Positions 26,311 to 37,974 of a stretch of DNA of 64,000 nt are shown piece by piece. The stretch is from Eledone cirrhosa (Eukaryota), in assembly GCA_964016885.1 (NCBI GenBank), contig OZ024741.1, forward strand, positions 332,506,001-332,570,000, given 5' to 3'. The notes beneath the pieces were generated by a model that was given only the letters and a program-made list of their open reading frames with translations, was not told the origin of the DNA and did not search any database. Position numbers and translations under genes: made by a program. The number at the start of each line of letters is the position of its first letter. Position 1 is the stretch's first letter.

Positions 26311-26591
26311 GTCTCTCTGTCTTCCTCTTTTTCTCACCCACACATTTTCTATATCTCTCCACCCACCCTCCCATCTCTCACTCACTCTTCCATCTCTCCA
26401 CAACCACCCTTCCCCCCCTAGTCTTGTAGATTATCTTTCCCTGAAAACAAATCAACCAAACTCCGTTCTTATAGGAGAGCTGAGATTAATTTCAAACCCA
26501 CCAAATGCTGCAAACATTTCACATTTTTTCCTGTTCTTGTTGGTTTTTTTCCCCCATTATTGTCATTAGTTTCCTATTGTTGCGACATATT

Positions 26592-26624
<33 letters not shown>

Positions 26625-26694
26625 CACTACTACTACTACCACAACCACCACCACTACTACTACTAACAGCAGAAACAACACAGCAACAATAATA

Positions 26695-26903
26695 ATGGTG
26701 TTTACTTTTAGCATAAGGTCAGCAATTTAAAGGGAAAGGGAATATTAATTAAATCAACCCCAGTGCATTACTGGAACTTTATTTTATCGAACCCATGAAG
26801 ATGAAAAACAAACCTAATCTTGGCGGGATTTGAACTAAGGGCCATAACTATTTAGTGCAAAGCATGTTTTCCGACACTCTACTGATACTGCCAATCCACC
26901 GCT
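26695..26903 (-). mobile_element. MetaSINE-like SINE (long variant)
   Basis: Reverse complement of head GCGGTGGATTGGCAGTATC and core TCGATAAAATAAAG. Confidence 0.75.
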
Positions 26904-27141
26904 CTACTACTACTAGTATTAGTAGTAGCAGTAGTAGTTGTTGTTGTAGTATTTACTACTGGTAGTAGTAATCATCATCACCATCATCATCATTTAACAT
27001 GCATGTTTCCATGGAGGCATGGGTTGGATGGGTTATCACAGACTAAGTCAGTACTTAATCAGAGCTGCTAACATCTCTGACAGGCTAAGGGCTTGCATCT
27101 TGCTTACATACATTCCAGCTCTTTACTGAATAAGATTTTTG

Positions 27142-27696
27142 TTTACCCACTCATAAGTTGGTAAACTCACTAGTTAGTTTCAGTCATATTTACCCACTCA
27201 CCCACATGTGGGTAAACTCACTAGTTAGTTTCAGTCATATTTACCCACTCACCCACATGTGGGTAAACTTACTAGTTAGTTTCAGTCATATTTACCTAAT
27301 CACCCACATGTGGGAAAACTCACTAGTTAGTTTCAGTCATATTTACCCACTCACCCACATGTGGGAAAGCTCACTAGTTAGTTTCAGTCATATTTACCCA
27401 CTCACCCACATGTGGGTAAACTCACTAGTTAGTTTCAGTCATATTTACCCACTCACCCACATGTGGGAAAACTCGCTAGTTAGTTTCAGTCATATTTACC
27501 TACTCACTCACATGTGGGAAAACTCACTAGTTAGTTTCAGTCATATTTACCTACTCACTCACATGTGGGAAAACTCGCTAATTAAGTTCAGTCATGTCTA
27601 CCCACTCATTCACAAATGGGTAAACTCACTAGTTAGGTTCAGTCATGCTTACCCACTCACTCACATGTGGGTAAACTTGCTAGTTTAGTTCAGTCA
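27142..27696. repeat. 51-bp minisatellite, ~11 copies, with an internal 14-bp palindrome
   Basis: Unit TTACCCACTCACCCACATGTGGGTAAACTCACTAGTTAGTTTCAGTCATAT (starts 27190, 27241, ...). Confidence 0.95.
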
Positions 27697-28279
27697 GGTT
27701 TTTATACTTCAATATATTACATACATCACAGAGATCACCAAAATCCATCATAAGCATTTTTTTGGTAACTTTATCAACAAAAGCACCCACATCTCTAGGA
27801 CAAATTTATTTTATGTCTTCCTATATTTGTTGTTGTTAGAAGTCCGAATCTATCACTCAGCAGCTCTCAGTAGCAATCCTTTATTTCTAAGTCCATCCAT
27901 GGGTTTATCTGTTTCAATTCATACATTTTGTTAACTGTGGAAGATGGACATTAAACAGTGATTATGATGATGATGATGATGATGAGGAAGAACATAGTGT
28001 TGTTAGGTCTTAGCAACATAACTAGTGATATGACTGATAATCCTACAGGAACATTAACCCTAAGAACCAAATAGGAAATAGATTTTCTGGTTCTGTTAAA
28101 AAATGAAATGATGGTGCTACAGGGACAGTAGTAACCCCAGGAACATGTTTATTACTTGGTTATATTTTCAGCTCCCCAGGGCAGAAATCTCTCAAGTGTC
28201 TTTTACAGCCATAGTTGTAACAACTGAGATTTCTGTCCCGCACTGTCAGTCATTTTGTTTCTGTGTACTTCTTTAATTC

Positions 28280-28595
28280 CTAGGTCAAATCTGTATGACA
28301 CAATATGTGACAAGGATAGACCTTTATATTTCAGGTACAGTCCCTCTTGTATAGTAGTGTAATTGGTTAAATATTTCAGTCATATGTACCCTTCTTAATT
28401 TAATTTCCAAGCTTAATTTGTATGATACAATATATGACAAGGCAAGCCCTTTGAATTACGAGTACAGTCGATCCTGTATTATAGCATAAGCAATTAAATA
28501 TTTTACAGACATGTATACCCTTACTGTAATTTCCAGGCCAAATCTGTATGACACAATATGTGAAAAGGCAACACCTTTTAATTACTGGTACAGTC
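28280..28595. repeat. Degenerate ~125-bp tandem repeat, ~3 copies
   Basis: CAAATCTGTATGACACAATATGTGA.AAGG...GTACAGTC at ~28287, ~28415 and ~28539. Confidence 0.65.
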
Positions 28596-28609
28596 CATTC
28601 AATAGGCTT

Positions 28610-28762
28610 CTATACAGTTTCTTTCTACCCAATTTTACTCATAAGTCATTGGGTGAAGCCGAACCTATGACAAACCACACTTGCCCAAGATACCATGTAG
28701 TGGAATCAAACCCAGGACCTCATGATTGCGAAGCAAACTTTTTAACCACTCAGCCACGCCAG
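28610..28762 (-). mobile_element. tRNA-derived SINE (CORE-like, distinct subfamily)
   Basis: Minus strand GGCGTGGCTGAGTGGTTAAAA...GGGTTTGATTCCACT...CTTGGGCAAGTG. Confidence 0.7.
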
Positions 28763-28803
28763 TATCCACAAATGTTGTGTGTAATACACAGACACTCATA
28801 CTG

Positions 28804-28846
<43 letters not shown>

Positions 28847-29410
28847 TGTACAAACAAAAACACACACACATGTACACAAACACAGAAACACACATTCACA
28901 CCACATATGCACACAAACAGATACACACGAACACAAGCACACACACACATACTTGTACACAAACTCACAGAAACACACGTTCACACATAAACAAACACAC
29001 ACTGATGCAGACGTGTACACACAGCCACACACTAGGACCCCCATATGATGTCCACTCTTCTGTACAGTTGACTTTGATACAATACTAATGTAGTTTATGT
29101 GTTGGTTGTTTGATAAATTGGATTGCACATCTTTCATTATGGAAAGATAGTTGTCAAGCCAGCATGAAATTTGTGTACCAAGAGAGGAAATTGATCTTAC
29201 ATGTATTCTAGCATTCCCTTATTCTCTCTTATTCTTTGTTATTCTCATATTCTCATATACCATATGTGGTCCATTTTATATTTGTTTGTAACAGATGATA
29301 GGTAGGTGGGTGGGTAGGTAGGAAGGTGGGTGGGTATATAAGTAGGTAGGTGTGTAGGTAGGTAGGTGGGTGGGTAGGAAGGTAGGTGGGTGGATGGATT
29401 GATAGATAGA

Positions 29411-30040
29411 TTTCTTTATTAGCCACAAGGGCGCAACAAGAAAAGGGGACAATACAAAGACATGCCGGGGATTTTACATATAGTCGTGTAAAAAATATAA
29501 AAACAAACAATTTGAACAATCGAAATCCACAATAGGGGGCAGGCGCCACAAATGGGTTGTTTAATACCCCGTCGATAGAACAACCCTCAACTCCAGGAGC
29601 GTGTTGTGCAAGTGCTCCTTTCTTCCTTTTGCTCTCTTCCTCAACCTACAGGCTTATAAACAGAGAAGGCCCAATCACTCGGGCCATTTTCGCTTCATTC
29701 ACCCACCTTTCAGTAAATTTACTGGGGTGCAGTGCCTCTCTCTCCACCCTTATTCTCCTTCTAAAGTGATACTTAAAGAAGGGAATCAATTGTTGTCCGG
29801 AGAGAAAGGCATCTGTCCTCAGTCCTCTCAACCTCGTCCACCATATAACTTCTTTCACCATAGCCACCGTACAGAGGAAAACGCCTCTCTTTCGTTTTTG
29901 AAAGAGGCTGGCGGTTTGATCCTTACTATGGACTCGGCAGTCAACTGGATTTGTCCCATACGCGACAGCAGTTGTTCTGCATAGTTCCACAGGTCGCTTA
30001 CGCCCGGGCAGTGTACAATTGCGTGCAGAACTGTTTCAAT
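29411..30040 (-). mobile_element. 5'-truncated Tx1/L1-like LINE within (TAGG/TAGA)n
   Basis: ETVLHAIVHCP (end of a CCHC knuckle)...KEVIWWTR...FFKYHFRRRIRVERE...ERW...; 3' UTR ends GTGGCTAATAAAGAAATCTATCTATC. Confidence 0.8.
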
Positions 30041-30540
30041 TGATAGATGGATAAATAGATAGGTATTTAGATAGGTAGGTAGGTAGGTAGATAGATGGGT
30101 AGGTAGATAGGTGGGTAGGTATGTAGGTAGATAGATGGGTAGGTAGATAGGTGGGTAGGTAGGTAGATAGGTAGATAGATGGGTAGGTAGGTAGGTAGGT
30201 AGGTAGAAGGATGGGTAGGTAGATAGGTGGGTAGGTAGGTAGATAGATGGGTAGGTAGATAGGTGGGTAGGTAGGTAGATAGATGGGTAGGTAGGTAGGT
30301 AGGTAGGTAGGTAGATAGATAGATAGGTAGATGGGTGGGTAGATTGGTGGGTAGGTAGGTAGATAGGTAGATAGATGGGTAGGTAGGTAGGTAGGTGGGT
30401 AGATGGGTAGGTAAATAGGTAATTAGATTGGTAGGTATGTTGGTAGATAGATAAATAGACAGGATAGATATAGTGACAGATCGATAGTACATAAATATAT
30501 AGACAGGTAGTTGATAGGTAGATAGACATGTAGATAGATA
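30041..30540. repeat. (TAGG/TAGA)n tetranucleotide array
   Basis: Direct reading. Confidence 0.9.
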
Positions 30541-30620
30541 AACACAGATATATTGAGAGAGGGGGAGAGAGAGGGGGGAGAGATAGCCAACTAGATAGAC
30601 AGATAAGAAGATTAAGATAA

Positions 30621-30813
30621 AATAATTGTTTCTATTTTAGGCACAAGGCCAGCAATTACCCAGTACATTACTGGTACTTTATTTTATCGACCCCGTCAGG
30701 ATGAAAGGCAAAGTTAACCTCGGCGGGATTTGAACTCAGAATGGCAAGGGCCGTAACTCTTTGCTGCAAAGCATGGCGTCCGACCCTCTACCGATGCTGC
30801 CAATCCACCGCCC
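30621..30813 (-). mobile_element. MetaSINE-like SINE with ~19-bp target-site duplication
   Basis: Complete copy; AAGATTAAGATAAAATAAT (30608-30626) vs AAGATTAAGAAAAAATAAT (30816-30834). Confidence 0.9.
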
Positions 30814-30844
30814 TTAAGATTAAGAAAAAATAATGATGTTTAAG

Positions 30845-33800
30845 ATGGTATGGTGATGGTGCTGATGATGATGATGTTGGTAGTGATGGTGGTGGTATTG
30901 GTGATAGTGATTGTGGTGGTGGGGATGGTCAAGGTGGTGGTGGCGCTGGTGATGGTGATGATGATGGCAGTTGTGATGATGGTGGTGGTGGTAGTGGTGA
31001 TAGTGATTGTGGCGGCGCTGGTTGTGGTAGTGGTGATGATGATGTTGGTGGTGATGGTCAAGTCAGTGGTGGTGCTGTTGATGGTTGTATTGATGGTGGT
31101 GGTTGTGGAAGTGATGGAGGAGGTGGTGGTGATGGTGATGGGGATGGTAGTTATGGTGTTGGTACTGGTGGTGGTGATGGTGATGGGGATGGTAGTTATG
31201 GTGTTGGTACTGGTGGTGGTGATGGTGATGGGGATGGTAGTTATGGTGGTGGTGGTACTGGTGGTGGTGATGGTGATGATGATGGCAGTTATGGTGGTGG
31301 TAGCAACGGTAGTGGTGATGGTAGTGACAGTGATGGTAGTGGTGGTGGTAGTGGTGATGGTAGTGACAGTGATGGTAGTGGTGGTGGTAGTGGTGATGGT
31401 AGTGACAGTGATGGTAGTGGGGCTGGTAGTGACAGTGATGGTAGTGGTGGTGGTAGTGACAGTGATGGTAGTGGGGCTGGTAGTGACAGTGATGGTAGTG
31501 GTGGTGGTAGTGACAGTGTTGGTAGTGGTGGTGGTAGTGACAGTGTTGGTAGTGGTGGTGGTAGTGACAGTGTTGGTAGTGGTGGTGGTAGTGACAGTGA
31601 TGGTAGTGGTGGTGGTAGTGACAGTGATGGTAGTGGGGCTGGTAGTGACAGTGATGGTAGTGGTGGTGGTAGTGACAGTGTTGGTAGTGGTGGTGGTAGT
31701 GACAGTGTTGGTAGTGGTGGTGGTAGTGACAGTGTTGGTAGTGGTGGTGGTAGTGACAGTGATGGTAGTGGTGGTGGTAGTGACAGTGTTGGTAGTGGTG
31801 GTGGTAGTGACAGTGATGGTAGTGGTGGTGGTAGTGACAGTGTTGGTAGTGGTGGTGGTAGTGACAGTGTTGGTAGTGGTGGTGGTAGTGACAGTGTTGG
31901 TAGTGGTGGTGGTAGTGGTGGTGGTAGTGACAGTGTTGGTAGTGGTGGTGGTAGTGACAGTGTTGGTAGTGGTGGTGGTAGTGACAGTGATGGTAGTGGT
32001 GGTGGTAGTGACAGTGATGGTAGTGGTGGTGGTAGTGACAGTGTTGGTAGTGGTGGTGGTAGTGACAGTGATGGTAGTGGTGGTGGTAGTGACAGTGTTG
32101 GTAGTGGGGCTGGTAGTGACAGTGTTGGTAGTGGTGGTGGTAGTGACAGTGTTGGTAGTGGTGGTGGTAGTGACAGTGTTGGTAGTGGGGCTGGTAGTGA
32201 CAGTGTTGGTAGTGGTGGTGGTAGTGACAGTGTTGGTAGTGGTGGTGGTAGTGACAGTGATGGTAGTGGTGGTGGTAGTGACAGTGATGGTAGTGGTGGT
32301 GGTAGTGACAGTGATGGTAGTGGTGGTGGTAGTGACAGTGTTGGTAGTGGTGGTGGTAGTGACAGTGATGGTAGTGGTGGTGGTAGTGACAGTGTTGGTA
32401 GTGGGGCTGGTAGTGACAGTGTTGGTAGTGGTGGTGGTAGTGACAGTGTTGGTAGTGGTGGTGGTAGTGACAGTGTTGGTAGTGGGGCTGGTAGTGACAG
32501 TGTTGGTAGTGGTGGTGGTAGTGACAGTGTTGGTAGTGGTGGTGGTAGTGGTGGTGGTAGTGACAGTGTTGGTAGTGGTGGTGGTAGTGACAGTGATGGT
32601 AGTGGTGGTGGTAGTGACAGTGATGGTAGTGGGGCTGGTAGTGACAGTGATGGTAGTGGTAGTGGTAGTGGTGGTGGTAGTGGGGCTGGTAGTGACAGTG
32701 ATGGTAGTGGTGGTGGTAGTGACAGTGATGGTAGTGGTGGTGGTAGTGGGGCTGGTAGTGACAGTGATGGTAGTGGTGGTGGTAGTGGTGGTGGTAGTGA
32801 CAGTGATGGTAGTGGTGGTGGTAGTGACAGTGATGGTAGTGGCGGTGGTAGTGGGGCTGGTAGTGACAGTGATGGTAGTGGTAGTGGTAGTGACAGTGAT
32901 GGTAGTGGTGGTGGTAGTGGGGCTGGTAGTGACAGTGATGGTAGTGGTGGTGGTAGTGGTGGTGGTAGTGGGGCTGGTAGTGACAGTGATGGTAGTGGTA
33001 GTGGTAGTGACAGTGATGGTAGTGGTGGTGGTAGTGGGGCTGGTAGTGACAGTGATGGTAGTGGTGGTGGTAGTGGTGGTGGTAGTGGGGCTGGTAGTGA
33101 CAGTGTTGGTAGTGGTGCTGGTAGTGACAGTGTTGGTAGTGGTGGTGGTAGTGACAGTGTTGGTAGTGGTGGTGGTAGTGACAGTGTTGGTAGTGGTGGT
33201 GGTAGTGACAGTGATGGTAGTGGGGCTGGTAGTGACAGTGTTGGTAGTGGTGGTGGTAGTGACAGTGTTGGTAGTGGTGGTGGTAGTGACAGTGATGGTA
33301 GTGGTGGTGGTAGTGACAGTGATGGTAGTGGGGGTGGTAGTGACAGTGTTGGTAGTGGTGGTGGTAGTGGGGCTGGTAGTGACAGTGATGGTAGTGATGG
33401 TGGTAGTGGGGCTGGTAGTGACAGTGATGGTAGTGGTGGTGGTAGTGACAGTGATGGTAGTGGTGGTGGTAGTGGGGCTGGTAGTGACAGTGTTGGTAGT
33501 GGTGGTGGTAGTGACAGTGTTGGTAGTGGTGGTGGTAGTGACAGTGATGGTAGTGGTGGTGGTAGTGACAGTGTTGGTAGTGGTGGTGGTAGTGACAGTG
33601 ATGGTAGTGGTGGTGGTAGTGGGGCTGGTAGTGACAGTGATGGTAGTGGTGGTGGTAGTGGGGCTTGTAGTGACAGTGTTGGTAGTGGTGGTGGTACTGA
33701 CAGTGTTGGTAATGGTGATGGTAGTGGGGCTGGTAGTGACAGTGATGGTAGTGGGGGTGGTAGTGACAGTGATGGTAGTGGTGGTGGTAGTGGGGGTGGT

Positions 33801-36800
33801 AGTGACAGTGTTGGTAATGGTGGTGGTAGTGGGGCTGGTAGTGACAGTGATGGTAGTGGGGGTGGTAGTGACAGTGATGGTAGTGGTGGTGGTAGTGGGG
33901 CTTGTAGTGACAGTGTTGGTAGTGGTGGTGGTAGTGACAGTGTTGGTAATGGTGGTGGTAGTGGGGCTGGTAGTGACAGTGATGGTAGTGGGGGTGGTAG
34001 TGACAGTGATGGTAGTGGGGCTGGTAGTGACAGTGTTGGTAGTGGGGCTGGTAGTGACAGTGATGGTAGTGGGGGTGGTAGTGACAGTGATGGTAGTGGT
34101 GGTGGTAGTGGGGGTGGTAGTGACAGTGTTGGTAATGGTGGTGGTAGTGGGGCTGGTAGTGACAGTGATGGTAGTGGGGGTGGTAGTGACAGTGATGGTA
34201 GTGGTGGTGGTAGTGGGGCTTGTAGTGACAGTGTTGGTAGTGGTGGTGGTAGTGACAGTGTTGGTAATGGTGGTGGTAGTGGTGATGGTAGTGACAGTGA
34301 TGGTAGTGGGGGTGGTAGTGACAGTGATGGTAGTGGTGGTGGTAGTGGGGCTTGTAGTGACAGTGTTGGTAGTGGTGGTGGTAGTGACAGTGTTGGTAAT
34401 GGTGGTGGTAGTGGTGATGGTAGTGACAGTGATGGTAGTGGGGGTGGTATTGGCAGTGATGGTAGTGGGGGTGGTATTGACAGTGATGGTAGTGGGGCTG
34501 GTAGTGACAGTGTTGGTAGTGGTGGTGGTAGTGACAGTGATGGTAGTGGGGGTGGTAGTGACAGTGATGGTAGTGGGGGTGGTAGTGACAGTGTTGGTAG
34601 TGGTGGTGGTAGTGACAGTGTTGGTAGTGGTGGTGGTAGTGACAGTGATGGTAGTGGTGGTGGTAGTGACAGTGATGGTAGTGGTAGTGGTAGTGACAGT
34701 GTTGGTAGTGGTGGTGGTAGTGGTGGTGGTAGTGACAGTGTTGGTAGTGGTGGTGGTAGTGACAGTGATGGTAGTGGTAGTGGTAGTGACAGTGTTGGTA
34801 GTGGTGGTGGTAGTGACAGTGATGGTAGTGGTGGTGGTAGTGACAGTGATGGTAGTGGGGCTGGTAGTGACAGTGATGGTAGTGGTGATGGTAGTGACAG
34901 TGATGGTAGTGGTGGTGGTAGTGGGGCCGGTAGTGACAGTGATGGTAGTGGTGGTGATAGTGACAGTGATGGTAGTGGTGGTGGTAGTGACAGTGATGGT
35001 AGTGGTGGTGGTAGTGACAGTGATGGTAGTGGTGGTGGTAGTGGGGCTGGTAGTGACAGTGATGGTAGTGGTGGTGGTAGTGACAGTGTTGGTAGTGGTG
35101 GTGGTAGTGGGGCTGGTAGTGACAGTGGTGGTAGTGACAGTGATGGTAGTGGTGGTGGTAGTGGTGGTAGTAGTGACAGTGATGGTAGTGGTGGTGGTAG
35201 TGGGGCTGGTAGTGACAGTGATGGTAGTGGTGGTGGTAGTGACAGTGTTGGTAGTGGTGGTGGTAGTGACAGTGTTGGTAGTGGGGCTGGTAGTGACAGT
35301 GGTGGTAGTGACAGTGATGGTAGTGGTGGTGGTAGTGACAGTGATGGTAGTGGTGGTGGTAGTGACAGTGATGGTAGTGACAGTGATGGTAGTGGTGATG
35401 GTAGTGACAGTGTTGGTAGTGGTGGTGGTAGTGACAGTGATGGTAGTGGTGGTGGTAGTGGTGGTGGTAGTGACAGTGATGGTAGTGGTGGTGGTAGTGA
35501 CAGTGATGGTAGTGGTGGTGGTAGTGGGGCTGGTAGTGACAGTGATGGTAGTGGGGTGCTAGTGGTGGTGGTAGTGACAGTGATGGTAGTGGTGGTGGTA
35601 GTGACAGTGTTGGTAGTGGTGGTGGTAGTGACAGTGATGGTAGTGGTGGTGGTAGTGGTGGTGGTAGTGACAGTGATGGTAGTGGGGCTGGTAGTGACAG
35701 TGATGGTAGTGGTGGTGGTAGTGGTGGTAGTGGGGCTGGTAGTGACAGTGATGGTAGTGGTGGTGGTAGAGGGGGTGGTAGTGACAGTGATGGTAGTGGT
35801 GATGGTAGTGGTGGTGGTAGTGACAGTGATGGTAGTGGTGGTGGTAGTGGTGGTGGTAGTGACAGTGATGGTAGTGGTGGTGGTAGTGGTGGTGGTAGTG
35901 ACAGTGATGGTAGTGGTGGTGGTAGTGACAGTGATGGTAGTGGTGGTGGTAGTGGGGCTGGTAGTGACAGTGATGGTAGTGGTGGTGGTAGTGACAGTGT
36001 TGGTAGTGGTGGTGGTAGTGGGGCTGGTAGTGACAGTGGTGGTAGTGACAGTGATAGTAGTGGTGGTGGTAGTGACAGTGATGGTATTGGTGGTGGTAGT
36101 GACAGTGATGGTAGTGGGGGTGGTAGTGACAGTGATGGTAGTGGTGGTGGTAGTGGTGGTAGTGGGGCTGGTAGTGACAGTGATGGTAGTGGGGGTGGTA
36201 GTGACAGTGATGGTAGTGGGGGTGGTAGTGACAGTGATGGTAGTGGTGGTAGTGGGGCTGGTAGTGGTGGTGGTAGTGACAGTGATGGTAGTGGTGGTGG
36301 TAGTGGTGGTGGTAGTGACAGTGATGGTAGTGGTGGTGGTAGTGGGGCTGGTAGTGAAAGTGATGGTAGTGGTGGTGGTAGTGGGGCTGGTAGTGACAGT
36401 GATGGTAGTGGTGGTGGTAGTGACAGTGATGGTAGTGGGGGTGGTAGTGACAGTGATGGTAGTGGTGGTGGTAGTGGGGCTGGTAGTGACAGTGATGGTA
36501 GTGGTGGTGGTAGTGACAGTGATGGTAGTGGGGGTGGTAGTGACAGTGATGGTAATGGTGGTGGTAGTGGTGGTAGTGGGGCTGGTAGTGGTGGTGGTAG
36601 TGACAGTGATGGTAGTGGTGGTGGTAGTGGTGGTGGTAGTGACAGTGGTGGTAGTGACAGTGATGGTCGTGGTGGTGGTAGTGGGGCTGGTAGTGACAGT
36701 GATGGTAGTGGTGGTGGTAGTGGTGGTGGTAGTGACAGTGGTGGTAGTGACAGTGATGGTCGTGGTGGTGGTAGTGGGGCTGGTAGTGACAGTGATGGTA

Positions 36801-37091
36801 GTGGTGGTGGTAGTGGTGGTGGTAGTGACAGTGGTGGTAGTGACAGTGATGGTCGTGGTGGTGGTAGTGGGGCTGGTAGTGACAGTGATGGTAGTGGTGG
36901 TGGTAGTGGTGGTGGTAGTGACAGTGGTGGTAGTGACAGTGATGGTCGTGGTGGTGGTAGTGGGGCTGGTAGTGACAGTGATGGTAGTGGTGGTGGTAGT
37001 GGTGGTGGTAGTGACAGTGATGGTAGTGGTGGTGGTAGTGGTGGTGGTAGTGACAGTGATGGTAGTGGTGGTGGTAGTGGTGGTGACAGTG
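30845..37091. repeat. 6.2-kb G-rich satellite; core 27-bp unit GTGACAGTG(A/T)TGGTAGTGGTGGTGGTA
   Basis: 27-bp period (e.g. GTGACA at 31564 and 31591) with triplet-length variants; 93-bp higher-order unit at 36668, 36761, 36854, 36947. Confidence 0.95.
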
Positions 37092-37462
37092 TTTCTAGTT
37101 GTTATTTATTTGTCCACATGCTTGCTAATGGTTGTATTTCTATTTACAATGACTCCATGCTTTACATTAATGCAACAGTTATCAATTGTCAAACCATTGT
37201 ATGTTGTACATAGTATGGATAGATAGGTAGTCTTGAATCTAAGCCTTGCATGATGTCATATGATATAACAATGTATTAAGAGGAGAATGTCTGGATATAG
37301 AGGGCTTTCATTTGAAATATTGTTGTGCTGTGTGTGCAGGGCTAGTATTATCAGGGGACATTGGGGTGAATAACCCCCTACCTTGTCAAACAGAGCTCCT
37401 CTCCCATCATTTCCAAACAGGGCCTTTTCTTCTCTCTCTTTCTCTCCTTGCTTGTGTGTGTG

Positions 37463-37577
<115 letters not shown>

Positions 37578-37689
37578 TTAAATACAAACTTAAACCTACA
37601 GTCAATAAGCACCACTTAACCAAATATACACCTCACCCCACACCCTCTACTCCATCCTCCCACTTCCATCCACACAACCCTTTCTCTGT

Positions 37690-37941
37690 AAAGTTATGTT
37701 GGTAGCACAGAACACCCAGTCCACACTGTAAAATGGTCATGTAGGAGACACAGTAAAAAGGTTCTCAGTCCACACTGTAAATGTGGTTGACAATAGGAAT
37801 GGCAGCTGTAGAAAACCTGCCAAAAACAGTTCTATACGAGCGAGACAGGGTCACCTGACCAATTTTGCCTCAACTAGGACAATCCTGTCCAACCCATGCT
37901 AGTGTGGAAGATGGATATTAAACGACGATGATGGTGATGAT
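37690..37941 (+). mobile_element. RTE 3' UTR-derived repeat
   Basis: Homologous to 24760-25055; ends AACCCATGCTAGTGTGGAAGATGGATATTAAACGACGATG. Confidence 0.8.
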
Positions 37942-37974
37942 ATATAGTTGTATATATATATATATATGTATATA

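Noticed and set aside
27142-27696. CRISPR-like palindromic repeats (also 13168-13460 and 45640-46030)
   Set aside because: Units are contiguous with no unique spacers, no cas genes, and a eukaryotic context.
30850-37226. 1570-aa and 556-aa Val-rich ORFs
   Set aside because: Direct translation of the 27-bp satellite; several frames are open by composition alone and there is no domain content.
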